Positions 37,990 through 50,720 of a stretch of 64,000 nt of DNA are shown here, in pieces. The notes beneath the pieces are model-generated. The model did no database searches, had not been told where the DNA came from, and was given only the letters and a program-made list of their open reading frames with translations. The stretch is from Spirogloea muscicola (taxonomy: Eukaryota): contig WELB01000028.1 of assembly GCA_009602725.1 (NCBI GenBank), positions 585,972 to 649,971 on the forward strand, read 5' to 3'. The position numbers and the translations under genes were made by a program. How positions within the stretch are numbered: the stretch's first letter is position 1; every line of letters begins with the position of its first letter.

Positions 37990-40900
37990 TAGTTCTGGGC
38001 AGGGTTTTCACTGCCCTCGCCGCCTTTGGATGAGCTCACTTCTGACGCCCTGTCAAGTCTTTTCGGGCTGGCTTTTCGCAGCCCTCGGTCCCTTAGGATG
38101 AGCTTGCTTTTCGGACGCCTCCTTTCGCCATGTCGGAGAGAAGGAAGGGCGATGTGCTGTGAAAGGCACCTGCCCAGAAAAGAGGAAAAGGGATGGAGCG
38201 AGAGAGGAGCTTCTCTCAACGCCATCGTGGGGTCTGCAGGCAGGTTCCATGCTGCAGGCTCGCTGGTCCTGATGTTTCGAATGGCCTCTCTGCCTCGCTG
38301 CTGCAGTCCCATGGATACCTGGGACTGCTTTGCCTTGCATGTGCTTGCTGGCCGTTGCCTTGGCTGCTGCCTTCAGTGGCGCCTGTCCATCCAAATCATG
38401 TCTTGGAGTCACGTCCACTATTAGGAGGATTTGCTGAGTGGTCATCCGTACCAAGCCACATATTCTGCTAACCTGCGCTTCTTATGTCGGCATTTCCCAT
38501 TAGCTTTGCCCACCATTATAAGAAGAAATTGCTCGCCCATAGAAGAGGGGCCAGCAAAGCCAGCCCATTAAGCCTTGGCCCTCCATTGGCCATCCACAGC
38601 CACCGCCCTTTTTGGGTACTCCCTATCCGGAGCAGGCTATAGACCGTTTGGCCCGGAGCCAGCCACGCACGCTAGCATCCTCCACCGGGTGGCCCCGCCC
38701 TGGTATCGACCGCGTAGGGCGACGTAGTCCGCTTTTCCGAGCTCGGCGCCGACGCGCACTCTGCCAATTGAACGTGAAGGCCGTGCTGCTCGGCGCTCCT
38801 GGCCAACTGTGGCCGTGTGTTGGCCCTCCCGCCGCTAGGAACGAAGAAGAAGTGGCTCTCCCAATGGGGGCAAGGGCTGTGAGAAGCCAGCCCGAAAAGA
38901 ATTGACAAGGTTCGAAGGGGCCAAACTACGAGCTAAGCAGCGACTGCGGGGCCTTGAGAGGCGCAGCAGAGCGAGCAGCCCGGCTTCAACCCCGCCGGGT
39001 CGCTTGCCCAAGTGTGCACAGGAAAGTGGTGGCTGGCCTCTCCTCAGGCCCCTCAGGGCCCAGGTATGTCGCATGCGTTTTTCAGTCTCCCTCCAGCGGT
39101 CCTTGGCCCACGCCTTGCGACTGCGTGCTGGCCGTGCTCTCGCTGCAGCCTCTGGCTTTCGTCAGGGGGATAATTTTCCGGCAGCTAGTCTGTCAGATTT
39201 GAGGCTCCTCACTCGTAGCTACTGAGTGGTCCATCCTCCACCCGATCTGACATCGCATTTTCAGGCCCCTCCGTCATTGTCGCCCATTCAAAGCTTTGTC
39301 AATTCTTTCCGGGCTGGCTTTTCACAGCCCTTGCCCCCCTTGAGAGAGCCACTTCTTCTCCTCAGCCACCGCCCTCTCCTGGAAGCGTCTTTCTCTCTTT
39401 TGGCCCTTTCGGGACCTTGTCAAATCCTTTTCAGGCTGGCTGTTGACAGCCCGTGCCCAATTTGTCTCGTGATTTGTAGTGTAGTCCTATTTCGGCACCT
39501 TCTTCTTTGGATTTGGACATTGTCCATTCTTTTTTGGGCTGGCTTTGCTAGCCCCCCTTCTCTCAGGGCGAGCACTTTCGTTCTTCTTTGGGAGAGCCAC
39601 TTTCTTTCTTTCTTGCACCGAGAGGACGCTTCCACGTGTGCAGGATGCGCCTGGCCATCTTCCTGCTGGCGGCGCTCCGGCTCCCCAAGTTAGTCAGTCG
39701 GATTTGTATGTGCTCACTCGTGGGTACTAATGTCACCCTGTAATCCTTAGATACCTTAGCATGGGGCATCCGTTTCATGTAGCTTTCTTAATTTTGCACT
39801 ACATTCTGCTTGGACAATGTATTGGCTTCAATTGGCCTCCCTTATGTTTCAAGCGCTCCGCACGCCTTCTCTCCCCCTGGCAGCGGTCTCTCTTTTCGCG
39901 AGTTCTCTTGGCCCCTCCGACCTTCGTTTATGCTTTTTTTGGGGCTGGCCTCTCCCAGCCGCCAGCCCTCCTCGTGGAAGGGTCTCTTTCTTCTTTCTTC
40001 TATGGGCTTCTTGGAAATTTAATCTCCCAGAAGAAAGTGCTCGCCAATAGAGAAGAGGGGCTGGCAAAGCCAGCCCAAAAAAGAATGACAATGTCCAAAG
40101 CCAAAGAAAGAGGAGCCGGAAAATGGACTACTCTGCAAAACACATAGACGATGCAGAGGGAAGCTCAGTACCCACGAGTGAGCAACATCAGGTCTGAGAA
40201 GCTCGCTGCAGGGAAAGAGGCACTCCGCCGAGACCCAGAGGCGGCGGCCATAGCACGGCCTGCTCGCGTGTGGACGGCGTGGGCAAGGGAGCGTACCGCC
40301 AGGCGCATGCGGAAGACGGGCGAGCGACCCGGCGGGCGTTGAAGCCGGGCATCGCCCCTGGCAGACCCGGCCGCCGGTCAATGGCCTGGCGGGCAAGCTG
40401 CTGAAGGAGATCCAGCCAGCGGCTGCCGGAAGCCCCATGTACATCCATCGCCAGGGCCGCCCCCCCCCCCCCCCCCCCCCCCCCCCAAGCCCCCCCGGCA
40501 GCTAGTCTGTCGAATATGAGGCTCCTCACTCGTAGCTACTGGGTGGTCCACTCCACTCGTTCTGACAAAGCATTCTCAGGCCCCTCCGTTATTGTGGCCC
40601 CTTCGACCCTTCGTCAATCTTTTTCGGGCTGGCTTTTCACACCCCTTGCCCCCATTGGGAGAGCCACTTCTTCTTTTCTTGGCTGCCTCTCACAGCCACC
40701 ACCCTCTCCTGGAAGCGTCTTCTTCTCTGCAGTCTGCAGACGTACTTAGCCTTTGCCGTCCACTTGCGTGCAGGCCGCTCCTGTTGAACTGGGCTATTCG
40801 TTAGTACCCAGTTAGGGCTAACAGAAAGTCCAGGACCCGGAGCATTACCGTCGTCATTCAGTTGGGGCTCGAGCGATGGAGAAGCGGCACTCTTGGAGGG

Positions 40901-42510
40901 AGTGCCACGCTCCTTCCTCGCCTTCTTGCCCATGGCTGTGACGGCGGCACGGTCCGGCAGGAAGCAGGCCGGCAGCGACTCAAGGCAGGTGGCGTGGGCG
41001 CTGGCAAGCAAGGAGGAGCAGTGTGCAGAAGGAGGACGGTGTTTTGGCTGGCATTTCCAGCCGCTATCCTCAATGGGCGAGCCCTTTCTTCTTTATTTCA
41101 GTTACTTCTACTCCTTCCTCGTGGTCCCCCCCACCCAGCAAGCTGCCCGCCGCGGCTGCCCTGTGGTCATTTGGCATTTTCAGGCCCCTCCGTCATTGTG
41201 GCCCCTTCGACCCTTCGTCAATTCTTTTCGGGCTGGCTTTCACAGCCCTTGCCCCCATTGGAGGAGCCACTTCTTCTTCTGGTCCTGCACGCTGCCCTCT
41301 GCCTCTCTTGAGTTCTAGCCACTTTCCCGTGACTTTGTGAAGAGAGAAGGCGCGCAGTGCGCATGAAATTGAAAGGGAGGCCAATTCTAGCCTTACAAAT
41401 GTCCTGTTAACTGGGTAATGAGCTGGCTAAGGGGACACTAATACCCTCGAGTGAGCACATGCATATTTGACAAGCTTGTGAAGGACTTCTCCTCCTCTTC
41501 TCCACACACCCCGAGCGCCACTGCCGCTGCCTGGAAGTGGCTCTCGCGGCCCGCCTGATGAATGCGGCTGCTGATATCAAAAGAGCGGCTGTGAAAGCCA
41601 GCCAGATGCATACAGGTGTTCTTGACGGAGCCACAGGCTAGGCAGACAGGGCGCTCTTAGTACCCCCGGGTCAGCAGTAGGAAGTCAGATGAGCTGAAGG
41701 GAGGAAGAGTAACCCCGCTGCGCAAGCCAGAGGCTGCTGCAAGGGCGCGACCGACGCGGCGGTGCAAAGCAAGCGCTTGGGAGCGCTAGAGAGACATAGA
41801 CAATCGCATTGCGGTAGCAGGACACAAGACCCAAAGGCACCGAGCCTCCAGGAAGTGCTGCACCCTGGTCCCGGCGCCGCTGGTCAGCTTGAGATGCCAG
41901 CAGCGAAATTGACGAGGACCACCGACCCCCGGAACACCCGGTCCATGGCCAGGGGGTAAAAGGTATCACCCGCCGGGTGGTCCTTGTACTTGTGCAACTT
42001 CCTCTGTACGTTCACCTTCACGGCATAGCCGGTCTCAGAAGCTACGGGCCCTTCTTCTGTGCTCTCGCTGCGACCTCCGGCTTTCGTCAGGGGGATAGTT
42101 TTCCGGCAGCTAGTCTGTCGGATGTGAGGCTCCTCGCTCGTAACTACTGAGTGGTCCATCCTCCCCCGTTCTGCCATAGCCTCTTTAGGCCCTGCAGTCG
42201 CTGCTTTGCTCGTAATTTGGCCCCTTCGAAACCTTGTCAATTCTTTTCGGGCTGGCTTCTCACAGCCCTTGCCCCCATTGGGAGAGCCACTTCTTCTTCT
42301 TCTTCCGGAAGCTGTCGGTGAGGACGACGTCCATGAGGAGCCGCTTGCCACCTCCGAGGGGGACGCCAAGCAGATCGACACGCTTCGTCCGAGGGACCCC
42401 GTTGCGGAGTTGGACGGGCATCACCCCGGTGCTCTCCAACGCCACTTAATATCCCGCCTCCTTGACGATGCCATACATCGCATCCCGTAGGAGTTTGTGA
42501 GAGCCCGTGC
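37990..42510. mobile_element. Dense nested cluster of CRE-type 3' fragments
   Basis: Many copies of RMRxSVSLQRS…LLTRSY*/LTRGY* and GGCTG..CAGCC 3'UTRs. 41565-42050 reads KLHKYKDHPAGDTFYPLAMD, and 42310-42500 contains RVDLLG…LMDVV endonuclease motifs. Confidence 0.88.
40800..41030 (-). repeat. Dispersed repeat, copy 1 (MGKKARKERGTPSKSA ORF start)
   Basis: Near-identical to 55540-55800. Confidence 0.75.
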
Positions 42511-42515
42511 GCTCA

Positions 42516-44730
42516 CTACCTTTGGCACACCTGAGCATGGTCACCCATGAGCAATGCATCATGCTCAATAAGCCCACATTCACATAGGGTCACCCCTGCC
42601 AAGCACAGGGATGGTAAGCCAAGACGGCGGCGCATAGCAAAACAAAGCATTTTCCATCCGCAAGCCCGCATGCAAAGGCAAAGCGCGGAGCCACAGACGC
42701 TCCCAGAGGAAACAGATAGGAGCCGAGCCTGGCCTCGAGCATCTCCTTGGAGGAGACTCCGGAGATGCTCCAGTGGTTGCTCGTCTGCAGCACGGGAAAA
42801 CCGCGATTGTCTCTTAACATCAGAGACGTCAGCCCAGGGAGCAAATCTAATAGGCTCATTTACCAGAGGCGGGTATGCGGCAAAGAGGTCCTGTTGGCAT
42901 GCTTTGAGAGTCACTTGGAAAGGCAGACTCCCCTGAACTACGTTACTGATGTGAGGCGCCAATACACGTTGTTGCCCAAGGAGGAATCGTCCAGATATGG
43001 ACGAAGCCACCTGAGCCCAGCAGCCAAGGTACGTTGGTCTGCACAAGCGGACCAAGGGGCGACAACCAAGCCCACCGTGACGTATGGGCAGCGTACATTG
43101 CACCAGTGCTACTGGGGACTGCTCTAGGAGTGGGTGAGCAATCATGTCAGGAAGGCATCGTTGGGGCTTGACATCTATGGATGCATAGACCTCATCCATG
43201 GTAACCGAAGGTGGGATCGTTCTTAGGAGGTGACATGGCCGCTGTGCCACACTCCTAGTCAAAGTGGCCACTGCCAACTGAGAGTCCCCGAGGGTGGGGA
43301 GCTCTGGCAGGACCTACGTATATCCTTGGAGACGAGCAAGGACACACCCTCCGAGAAAGACGGGTCCCCTACAGGGACTCCCAAGATCCTCAAGCCACCC
43401 TCTGGAGTCTGACAAGATGTAGGCAACGAGAGAAGGAGGGAAAGAGGGATGCCGTTGGGGGACCAGGCAAAGCACTTGGCAGTACTTATCCCAAGCCCGA
43501 TGAGCTGGAGCTGGTGCTGAAGCGTGCCGAAAGCTCGCAGCACCTCCTCTGGGGGGCCGAGGAGCGTAGTATCATCCGCATAAGTCGGGAGGAGAACGCC
43601 AGGGTGAGTGCTCGCCGTGTTGCGCAAAGCACGGTGATGCGCCAGAGCGAAGAGAAAATCACCCATGGGATCACCTTGCCGTGTCCCCGTCTTTGACTGT
43701 AGAACAGCCAAAGAACTCCCTGCCCCCCACAACAATGCAGATGGCGAGCCATACTTGCATCGGAAGTGAGGGAGGAGGGTGGGGAAGTACTGCCTTAGCT
43801 CCTCGGCAATAACCTGCCGATTTACGGAATTGAAAGCATTACGTACGTCCACGCCAAGGCCAGCCAATGGGGATGACATCCATTGCCGCTCGTACCCCGT
43901 GCACCAGGGTCTCAGCGCGAGCACGCATCCCAGCTCCAAATTGGTGGGGATGGAAGTGCGCCTGGGCATCGTCCTGGATCTGCATGATTAGGGTGCGCCC
44001 CACGAGGCGCGCCAGAACCTCCCCCATCGAGGTAGGACGCACTCTGCCGTTGTCCTTCTGCAAAGCAATGAGATTACTTGTGCAAGCAAAGGACTGCGCC
44101 TACACGATGGTAGAGGTGTCCACGCGCAAAATGTCGCGCGACCCTACGCAACAGGTCGAAATCCTCCGAGTCGTCTTCCCCATACAACTTCCGCAAGTGC
44201 TCAAAGAGCATGCCAGCTGGACCCCCGGCAGCTGCCTTGCGGCTGCTCGCAGTTGCCCGACTGAAGACAGCCGGGTCCGGGTCCAAGTTCACTGGTTGAG
44301 CAGGCGTAAAGCTCTCCACCCATGTATCAAAATCACGCGGGGCCGGAGGATGGAGCAGCTCTAGTGCGGCCAGGGTTGCCGCATCATGCGGTGCTGGTGT
44401 GGAGGGCTCCAAGGCTTGAGCAGCCCTGGCAAGGTCGCCGGCTCGCCTAAATCGGATGGCACGTCGCTTGCCCGCCTCCTTGATATCAGATTCTGACGTG
44501 GTGGGCCGATAGTTGGCTTGCGCGAGCTGGGCAGCCGCTTGGTGCTTTGCAAGTAGCAGCTGCAACGCCCCCTCAAAAAGGTGGAGGCGCAGCAGCAGCT
44601 CCTTGCGACCTGCCTTCCCCTGCGGCAGGCGACCAAGCAGAAGTCGCGGAAACAACACAAACACAGCCCATGCAGCCTCATCCTCGCTGTCACCGCCTGG
44701 GCACGCCGCCGCCGGAGCCTCTGCCTCGCT
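42516..44730 (-). mobile_element. Degenerate CRE-clade (CRE/Cnl1/MoTeR-like) non-LTR retrotransposon: reverse transcriptase and downstream region
   Basis: AGGPAGMLFEHL; KDNGRVRP.SMGEVLARLVGR; PHQFGAG; VDVRNAFNSVNR; GTRQGDPMG; YADD; LRILGVPVG; LPIRHGGLG; RRRLG…CECG…DHAQVC zinc motif. Several frameshifts. Confidence 0.9.
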
Positions 44731-44838
44731 TCTTCCCTTTGTACTTGGCCACTGAGGCCCTCCATTGCCACTCAATACACACTCCGTCTTTCGCCCGTGG
44801 CCAGCTGGGCCCTTCCAGTCCCCCCGCCCCGTCAGACA

Positions 44839-47800
44839 TGGCAGCCGTCGCAGGTAGCGCCGCTGCCGCAGCGCTCGCCGCCGTCGTGCTGCTCACTTGC
44901 GTCGTCGGCTCCGCCGTCGGTGACCTCGCGTGAGCAGCTGCCCACCACGGCACTTTCAGTCTTGAGCCGCGAGCGGATTGCGCCTGCCACTCCTCTTTCT
45001 TGCTGTGTCTGGGCTGGCCCATCACAGCCATCGCCCTCCACCGGAAGCGTCTTTCTCACTTTCTTTATAATGCAATTCGCCGCTGGGCTCCACCGGTGAT
45101 ACGCACTTCAGCGCCCAATGCTTGGCCACTCCGTATGGCCCCCCTCGCCTGCTGACGGCAATCTTTCCGCTGGCACGCAGCTCCGACAATGCGGCGGTGC
45201 TGGCCTTCAAGGCCGGCATCACCAACAACCCCTTTGGCGCGCTCGCCAACTGTCGCTCCGCCGATCGCACACCGTGGGACTGGTTCGGCATCGACGGCAA
45301 TGCCACGGCGCTGGCGGCCCCAGGCAAGAGCAAGAGCTTCGTGCCGAGCCTGGCCTTCGCCGGCTGCTGCAACGCTTCAAACGACCAGCACAAGCATCGG
45401 CGTCCGAAACGGCAGCCGGTGTTCGCCTCCTCGGCAGCCTTCCGTCAGGACCAATGGCAGTGGCTGCCTGCAGCAGCTCAGCGGAGGCCCTCTTGACCAG
45501 CATTCTTGCGAGCTCCTGAAGGTGCCGCGGGTGGTCAAGGCTTAGATCAAATCAGCTTCCTCCGCCACTGATCGCGGCTTACTGCTTGCAGGCAAGTGGC
45601 TAACGGTGATGCGGGCTCTATTTGTCCGGGACGCTTTTGGAAGGCGTGCTGGCACCAGAGCTCGGCAACATCAGCAGCCTGCTCTACATAGTATTGAACT
45701 CTGCTCTCGGGCCCCATCCCTATGGAGCTGGGCAGCATCGCTAATCTTTGTACCACCCTCCTTGGTAGCAATAGGTCAGCATGCTTCAGTTGCTTGCTAG
45801 TTATTTCGGTCAAAGCTAAGGCAACAGTGATCCTTTGCAAATTCTCGACCTTACGACGTTCTCCTGGGGGGCCTGCATGCACACGATATGCACATGGCGT
45901 CTTCAGAAAAGTGCCGCAACTTTCCAGGTCTTTGAGTCAGCTGGTGAGGCGGCAGCAGTCATGATTGCACTCTTCATCACGAAGCTGCAAATCTAAGTGC
46001 AACATATTGGTCAATCTTCTTGTACGTAGCAGGTTGTCAGGTCTTATCGCAGAGGAGCTCGGGAGACTCTCCGCCCTCCAGGGCCTCCATCTCTACAACA
46101 ACACGTACTCACCTTACCTGCGCACTCTTAAAGGCTGTCGTCCGCCCTCCCGAGATGTATATTGTGTATAGAAATTGCAGCTGACATTGTCACTTACTGG
46201 CTGACTTACAAGCATTGGCAGGTTAAGTGGCCACCTTCCGCCCCAGTTGGGACAACTAGTGCTGCTCACCCAACTCTGGCTCTCTGGACCTCTCTGGACC
46301 AATTCCATCAATATTCTCCAGTCTTCAGAACTTGCAAGTGCTGATGATGGACAGCAACCAATTTTCCGGCCCATTTCCAGAGTGGCTCGGCAACCTGAGC
46401 AGTGCACTGACTATCTTCCTAAGTCAAACATTTGACTGGAGGAGTACCTGCAAGCATCCAATATTTGCAAAAAATCCAATTTTTTTGACATCTCCAGCAA
46501 CCACCTGACAGGCAGTCTCCCCCAGGAAACAGGAGACTTAAGCGAGCTGACTGCAATTTCGGCTGCAAGCAACTCATTCAGCGGGCCTATACCAATTAGC
46601 ATTGGCAGTCTGCCGTCGCTAATCTCTCTCGACCTTTCGGAGAACAGACTCAGTGGCAGCATCCCAGCGTCCTTGGCAAGTTTGAATCTCACTCTCTTCT
46701 TTAACATCTCCAATAACAACCTCAGTGGGCCTATTCCTGGTGGTTCTATTTTCAATACAACAGCAGCTCTTTTGCAGCATTGTGTGGCGGCCCTTATCTG
46801 GCCTGCAAGGCAGCTCCCCCACCACCTCGCTCTCTTCCTCCTTTTCACACCACCACCTCCAGAGCAAAAGTCGCCAAGCTTATCGGGAGGGGCAATTGGC
46901 GGCATTGTCATTGGAGCTGTTGGTGTCCTTCTCCTCCTGTTGCTGGGACTGCTCCTGCTGAGTTGCATAGCTTGGAAGAAAGACAAGACTATAACAGAGA
47001 AGGAGCGAGACATGGAAACTTCTGCTCCAAGATGTCCATCACTAAGGACAGACTCCAAGGTTCCTTCACCTTCGAGGAGCTCATGGATGCAACTGAGAAC
47101 TTCAACGACAATCACATTAATAGTTTGGGCGGCTTTGGAAAAGAGTATGGGATGGAAGCACGTACATGATGGAAGCACAAGCTATGCATATGCCGGCCCT
47201 GCTTGCAGTTGTGTTGGTTTCCTTCTTCCCTTGGTGTGTAATCTCGGTGCTTGTTGCCCCGATCTTTTCAATGTCCTATGGCTTTGCACAAGTACATAGC
47301 CACTCAGATGAAGATGCTGAGCATTACGCAGAAGAAGGATGGCAAAGTGTATGCAGTGAAGAGGCTAGCACCAGACAGCACACAAGACATGAGCGGGGTA
47401 CAAGCTGAGGTGGAGTTGCTGAGTCGCAATGTCAATCATCGCAATGTTATTCCGCTACGGGGCTGGTATAAAACCAAGCACAACTACGTGGACATGCTGC
47501 TCATCTATCCTTTCCTGCCTGGCGGGAATCTTGACCAACACATCAAGCCGAGCAAGATCTTATTGGATGAGCAAGGTCAAGATCATGAGGTTTGCTTGAC
47601 ACGCACGTGTCAATCAGGGCTGCAGGTGACTGCTTCGAGCACTCCAGTGGCATCTGTGCTTTGTCATGGGCCTCTTGACATCATGCCAAAAGGATGAGTT
47701 GCTCGCTGCATGTATTCGGACAAGCTGGTTGTGGCTTCTCAAAATAACACCCTTGCTAACAAGGAGTCAGAATCTCTGCAACTCTAGAATGCAATGCCGT

Positions 47801-48115
47801 GATTGCTGCATTTTTGCAAACACAATTGGATTTCTGGCTCCGGATGGCATTCTGGGCCAAAGGACTGAGGGCTCCGATGTCTTCAGCTTTGGAGTCGTGA
47901 TTCTGGAAACCGTCAGCGGCAAGCAGCCTGTTGATCCATTCTTTCAATCCGAAACTGCAGCTAGGCGCAGCTTGACTGAGTAGGTGCAATCATGCCTTCG
48001 CAGTGAGAAGCCTTGCTGCTCCGGTGTTCCAAGTCGAAGGCCATCAATGACCGACATTAGAATAATTTTCTGAAATCTCCAAGCATTTGGTCTTGATTCT
48101 CCATTTCCTAAGGTG
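44839..48115 (+). pseudogene. LRR receptor-like kinase pseudogene (full architecture, many frameshifts and stops)
   Basis: Signal peptide MAAVAGSAAAAALAAVVLL; LRRNT AAVLAFKAGITNNPFGALAN; LRRs (NNLSGPIPG); TM GAIGGIVIGAVGVLLLLLL; FTFEELMDATENF; YAVKRL…HRNVIPLRGWY; SDVFSFGVVILETVSGKQP. The HRD region is deleted. Confidence 0.85.
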
Positions 48116-48689
48116 CTAAATTGATGGCCACCCAATTTAGCTCTGATTATCTAGTCAATACTTATCCTTGACCTAAGTACCTTGGCAAAAACGATGACTC
48201 AGATGAGACGCCTGACAGTAGAGATCCGATGCTGCAAAGTCAGTGGAATTCATACCAGGGTTACTAGGGGTCCACGTGCATGGCTCCTGGCTTTGTTTGC
48301 CCTGCTGACCGTGTGTGTAACGTACCCACCGTCTGTGAGCGCCAACAAGCGATGTGACCGCTTACTTGATTGGGATAGTTGCGGACAAGTTCCACCAACC
48401 TTGCCCGAAATACAAGGCCGTTAGCCTCGAGACGCACGTCACGTTCCTGTGAGTTAAGTTCCGACACTCGTCCCGTCATTGTCCTTGACCGACCTGGCCT
48501 TGCCGGGTGACCCTCGGTGGGTCCCGCACGGGGTGCTCCCGGTGGGTTCACCCCGGGGAGGGGTTAACCTGTCAATGTGTAGTGGCAAGGGCTGCTCACA
48601 GCCCTTGCCCCCTTCGGGTGAGCCACTTCCTTTCTCTGCAAGCGTCTTTTCCTTTCTTTGGGTAAGCGCTTACACTTTCCCAGACCCAA

Positions 48690-49340
48690 TCTAAGAATTT
48701 CTCAGAATTCGAGGCTCCCCTGGCGCGGCGGCCTGGCTCTCCGCTGTTCCTCTCTACGACGCACTGCGGATGCCGGATGAGATCTTCCGCACAGCGGTCC
48801 ATCGCCTGCTGGGAATCCCACCGCCCTGTCTTGTGGGAGTGGTGCAGTGCGAGTGCAAGGAACGTCGGCGGATCCAGCGGAGCTGGCGGCGCACGTCCTC
48901 CGCTACGCAACCGGAGTCGAGCGCACTGCTGCCCATGACCTCCTCAGGATTGCCATGTTCGGCATTCCCTGGAGGCTGATACACTGTGGCGCTAGAAGAT
49001 ACGTCCATCATGCCTATCCTGCCGGAGGCGGATGGACTCCACACTTGGCGGGTCGACCTGGTGGCCACCACGCCCAAAGATGGCCCGCGCGTCATTGCCG
49101 ATGTTGTCACTACTGATGTGGTGGACCGTTCATTCATGGAGCAGCATGAGAAGCAGTGGGCGAGGATACTGGGGGAGGGGGTCCTGTGCCCCTCTCCATG
49201 TTGCCCTCCTCCACGGCAATCTCGGATGGTGTTGGGGCCGTGGTCGGGATAGCCGTCTCGTCCATCCCTGGGCCTGGTGGGGCCTGGGATGAGCGCGTAG
49301 CGCAGCAGCTCCTGCTCCGGTGCACTGCTCTCGCGCAGGC
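48690..49340 (+). mobile_element. CRE fragment: zinc finger plus restriction-like endonuclease
   Basis: LRMPDEIFRTAVHRLLG…CEC…HVLRY…HDLLR…WRVDLVATT…RVIADVVTT; interrupted. Confidence 0.78.
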
Positions 49341-50720
49341 CGGCAGTGCGGTTGCCTACCCAGCACAAGTGAGCCGAGGGTTTGATCGCAGCCGGCCGAG
49401 CCAGCTTGTGAGCTGGGCAGCCGGACCCATGTCCCCCGCACGAGGCTGTGCAAGCTGCCTAGGTGCCGCATCCTCCCTCGCCACCGCCGTGGCCGCCGCG
49501 GCGCACGGCATGGCATGAGGGACCCCGCCAGCTGGGGGCCGCGCTGCGGACGGCACTCTGCGCGGCGAGCTCCGAGGAGCGCGCCGCGCAGGTGCGCGAC
49601 GTGCCTTCGCNGGCGCTCGAGCGCCCCGGGGGGTGGCAAGGCGCCGCGGCGCCCGGGGGGGCGGCGGCGCCGGCGGCGAGCTAGGAAGCCGTTGGCGGGG
49701 GGGGTGGAAACGCTCACACCCCTGGGAGGGGGTGGCACGGGGAAGCACGAAGAGCCTTGGGCTGAGAAGAAGAACTGCTGTCGAGCTGAGGCTCGACAGC
49801 AGTTCGAACAGGTGAAGGTCAGGAGCAGCCTTGCCGCTGCTCGCCGCCGCCGCCGCACTCTGCTGCGGGGCCTGCTGCGCCGGCCTGCGCCCAGGAGGTG
49901 GAGTCGCCGCGGACGGGGGCGCCACGGGGCCCGTCTTCCGCTGCGCCGATGCGCAAGTGCTTTACCTTAGTAGTGGGTTGGTCCTGAATTCCCTACAGCC
50001 AAACTCAACAAGGACTCCTCACCCTGACTGCATGTGTAGGGCGAGGTTCCTTACATTAGGTGGTACATCACAGCTGTTTCTGCCACCGCTGCAGAACGCG
50101 CAAAGCTCAATCTCATTCCACTGACCATATTGCTGGGACGCTGATGGGACGTTGCCCACCTTGAAAGGCTGGCCACCTCTCAACCCACCTTAGCACAAGA
50201 GCTTGTCAAATGCCGTCCCGTATTTGGGCATCAGTTAGCGACCTCTATGTGCTGACTCGTGGTTACTGAACGGGTCAGCTTAGCAGCAGGTGATGTACAT
50301 GTGTCAATGTGCTTGCCTTTGTACTCAGGCCCTCCATTACTCAATGCATACTCCATTCACTTCTTCATTCACACCCTCAGTCTCTCTCCTGCTCCCTCTC
50401 TCCCTTCGGTATCTGTCACCTTTCTCACCGATCAAGCTCGCCAATTACTCTCACTCTTCTCGGCCTCTTCCTGTTCTCGCAATGTCACCCTTTCATTCGA
50501 GTTGTCCGTGTCTCACACTCTACTTCTTGCTATGTCTTGCTACATATCCAAGACCACAGTCAGCGGGCAAATGGAGTGACGGGGGTGCACCAACATAGAC
50601 CTGTCATAATATATAGAAATATGCTTTGCAGCATCAAACCTCGACCTCCAGGAGTCTCATGTAGGGCATTGGCATGGTGCCAGCCAAGAGAGGGGTATGC
50701 ACGAAGTGGATAGAACTGAA

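Noticed and set aside
37330..37990. Multiple overlapping Arg/Ala-rich ORFs
   Set aside because: This is GC-rich promoter/5' region of the HIPL1-like gene with no recognisable domain.
44735..44790. Apparent N-terminus (MSGNGGPQWPSTKG) of the CRE RT ORF
   Set aside because: It is the antisense of a separate CRE 3'UTR subfamily also seen at 7-45, 12890-12940 and 50310-50360.
49350..49970. GC-rich island that looks like a gene 5' end
   Set aside because: It contains an N and no recognisable protein, so strand and product cannot be assigned.
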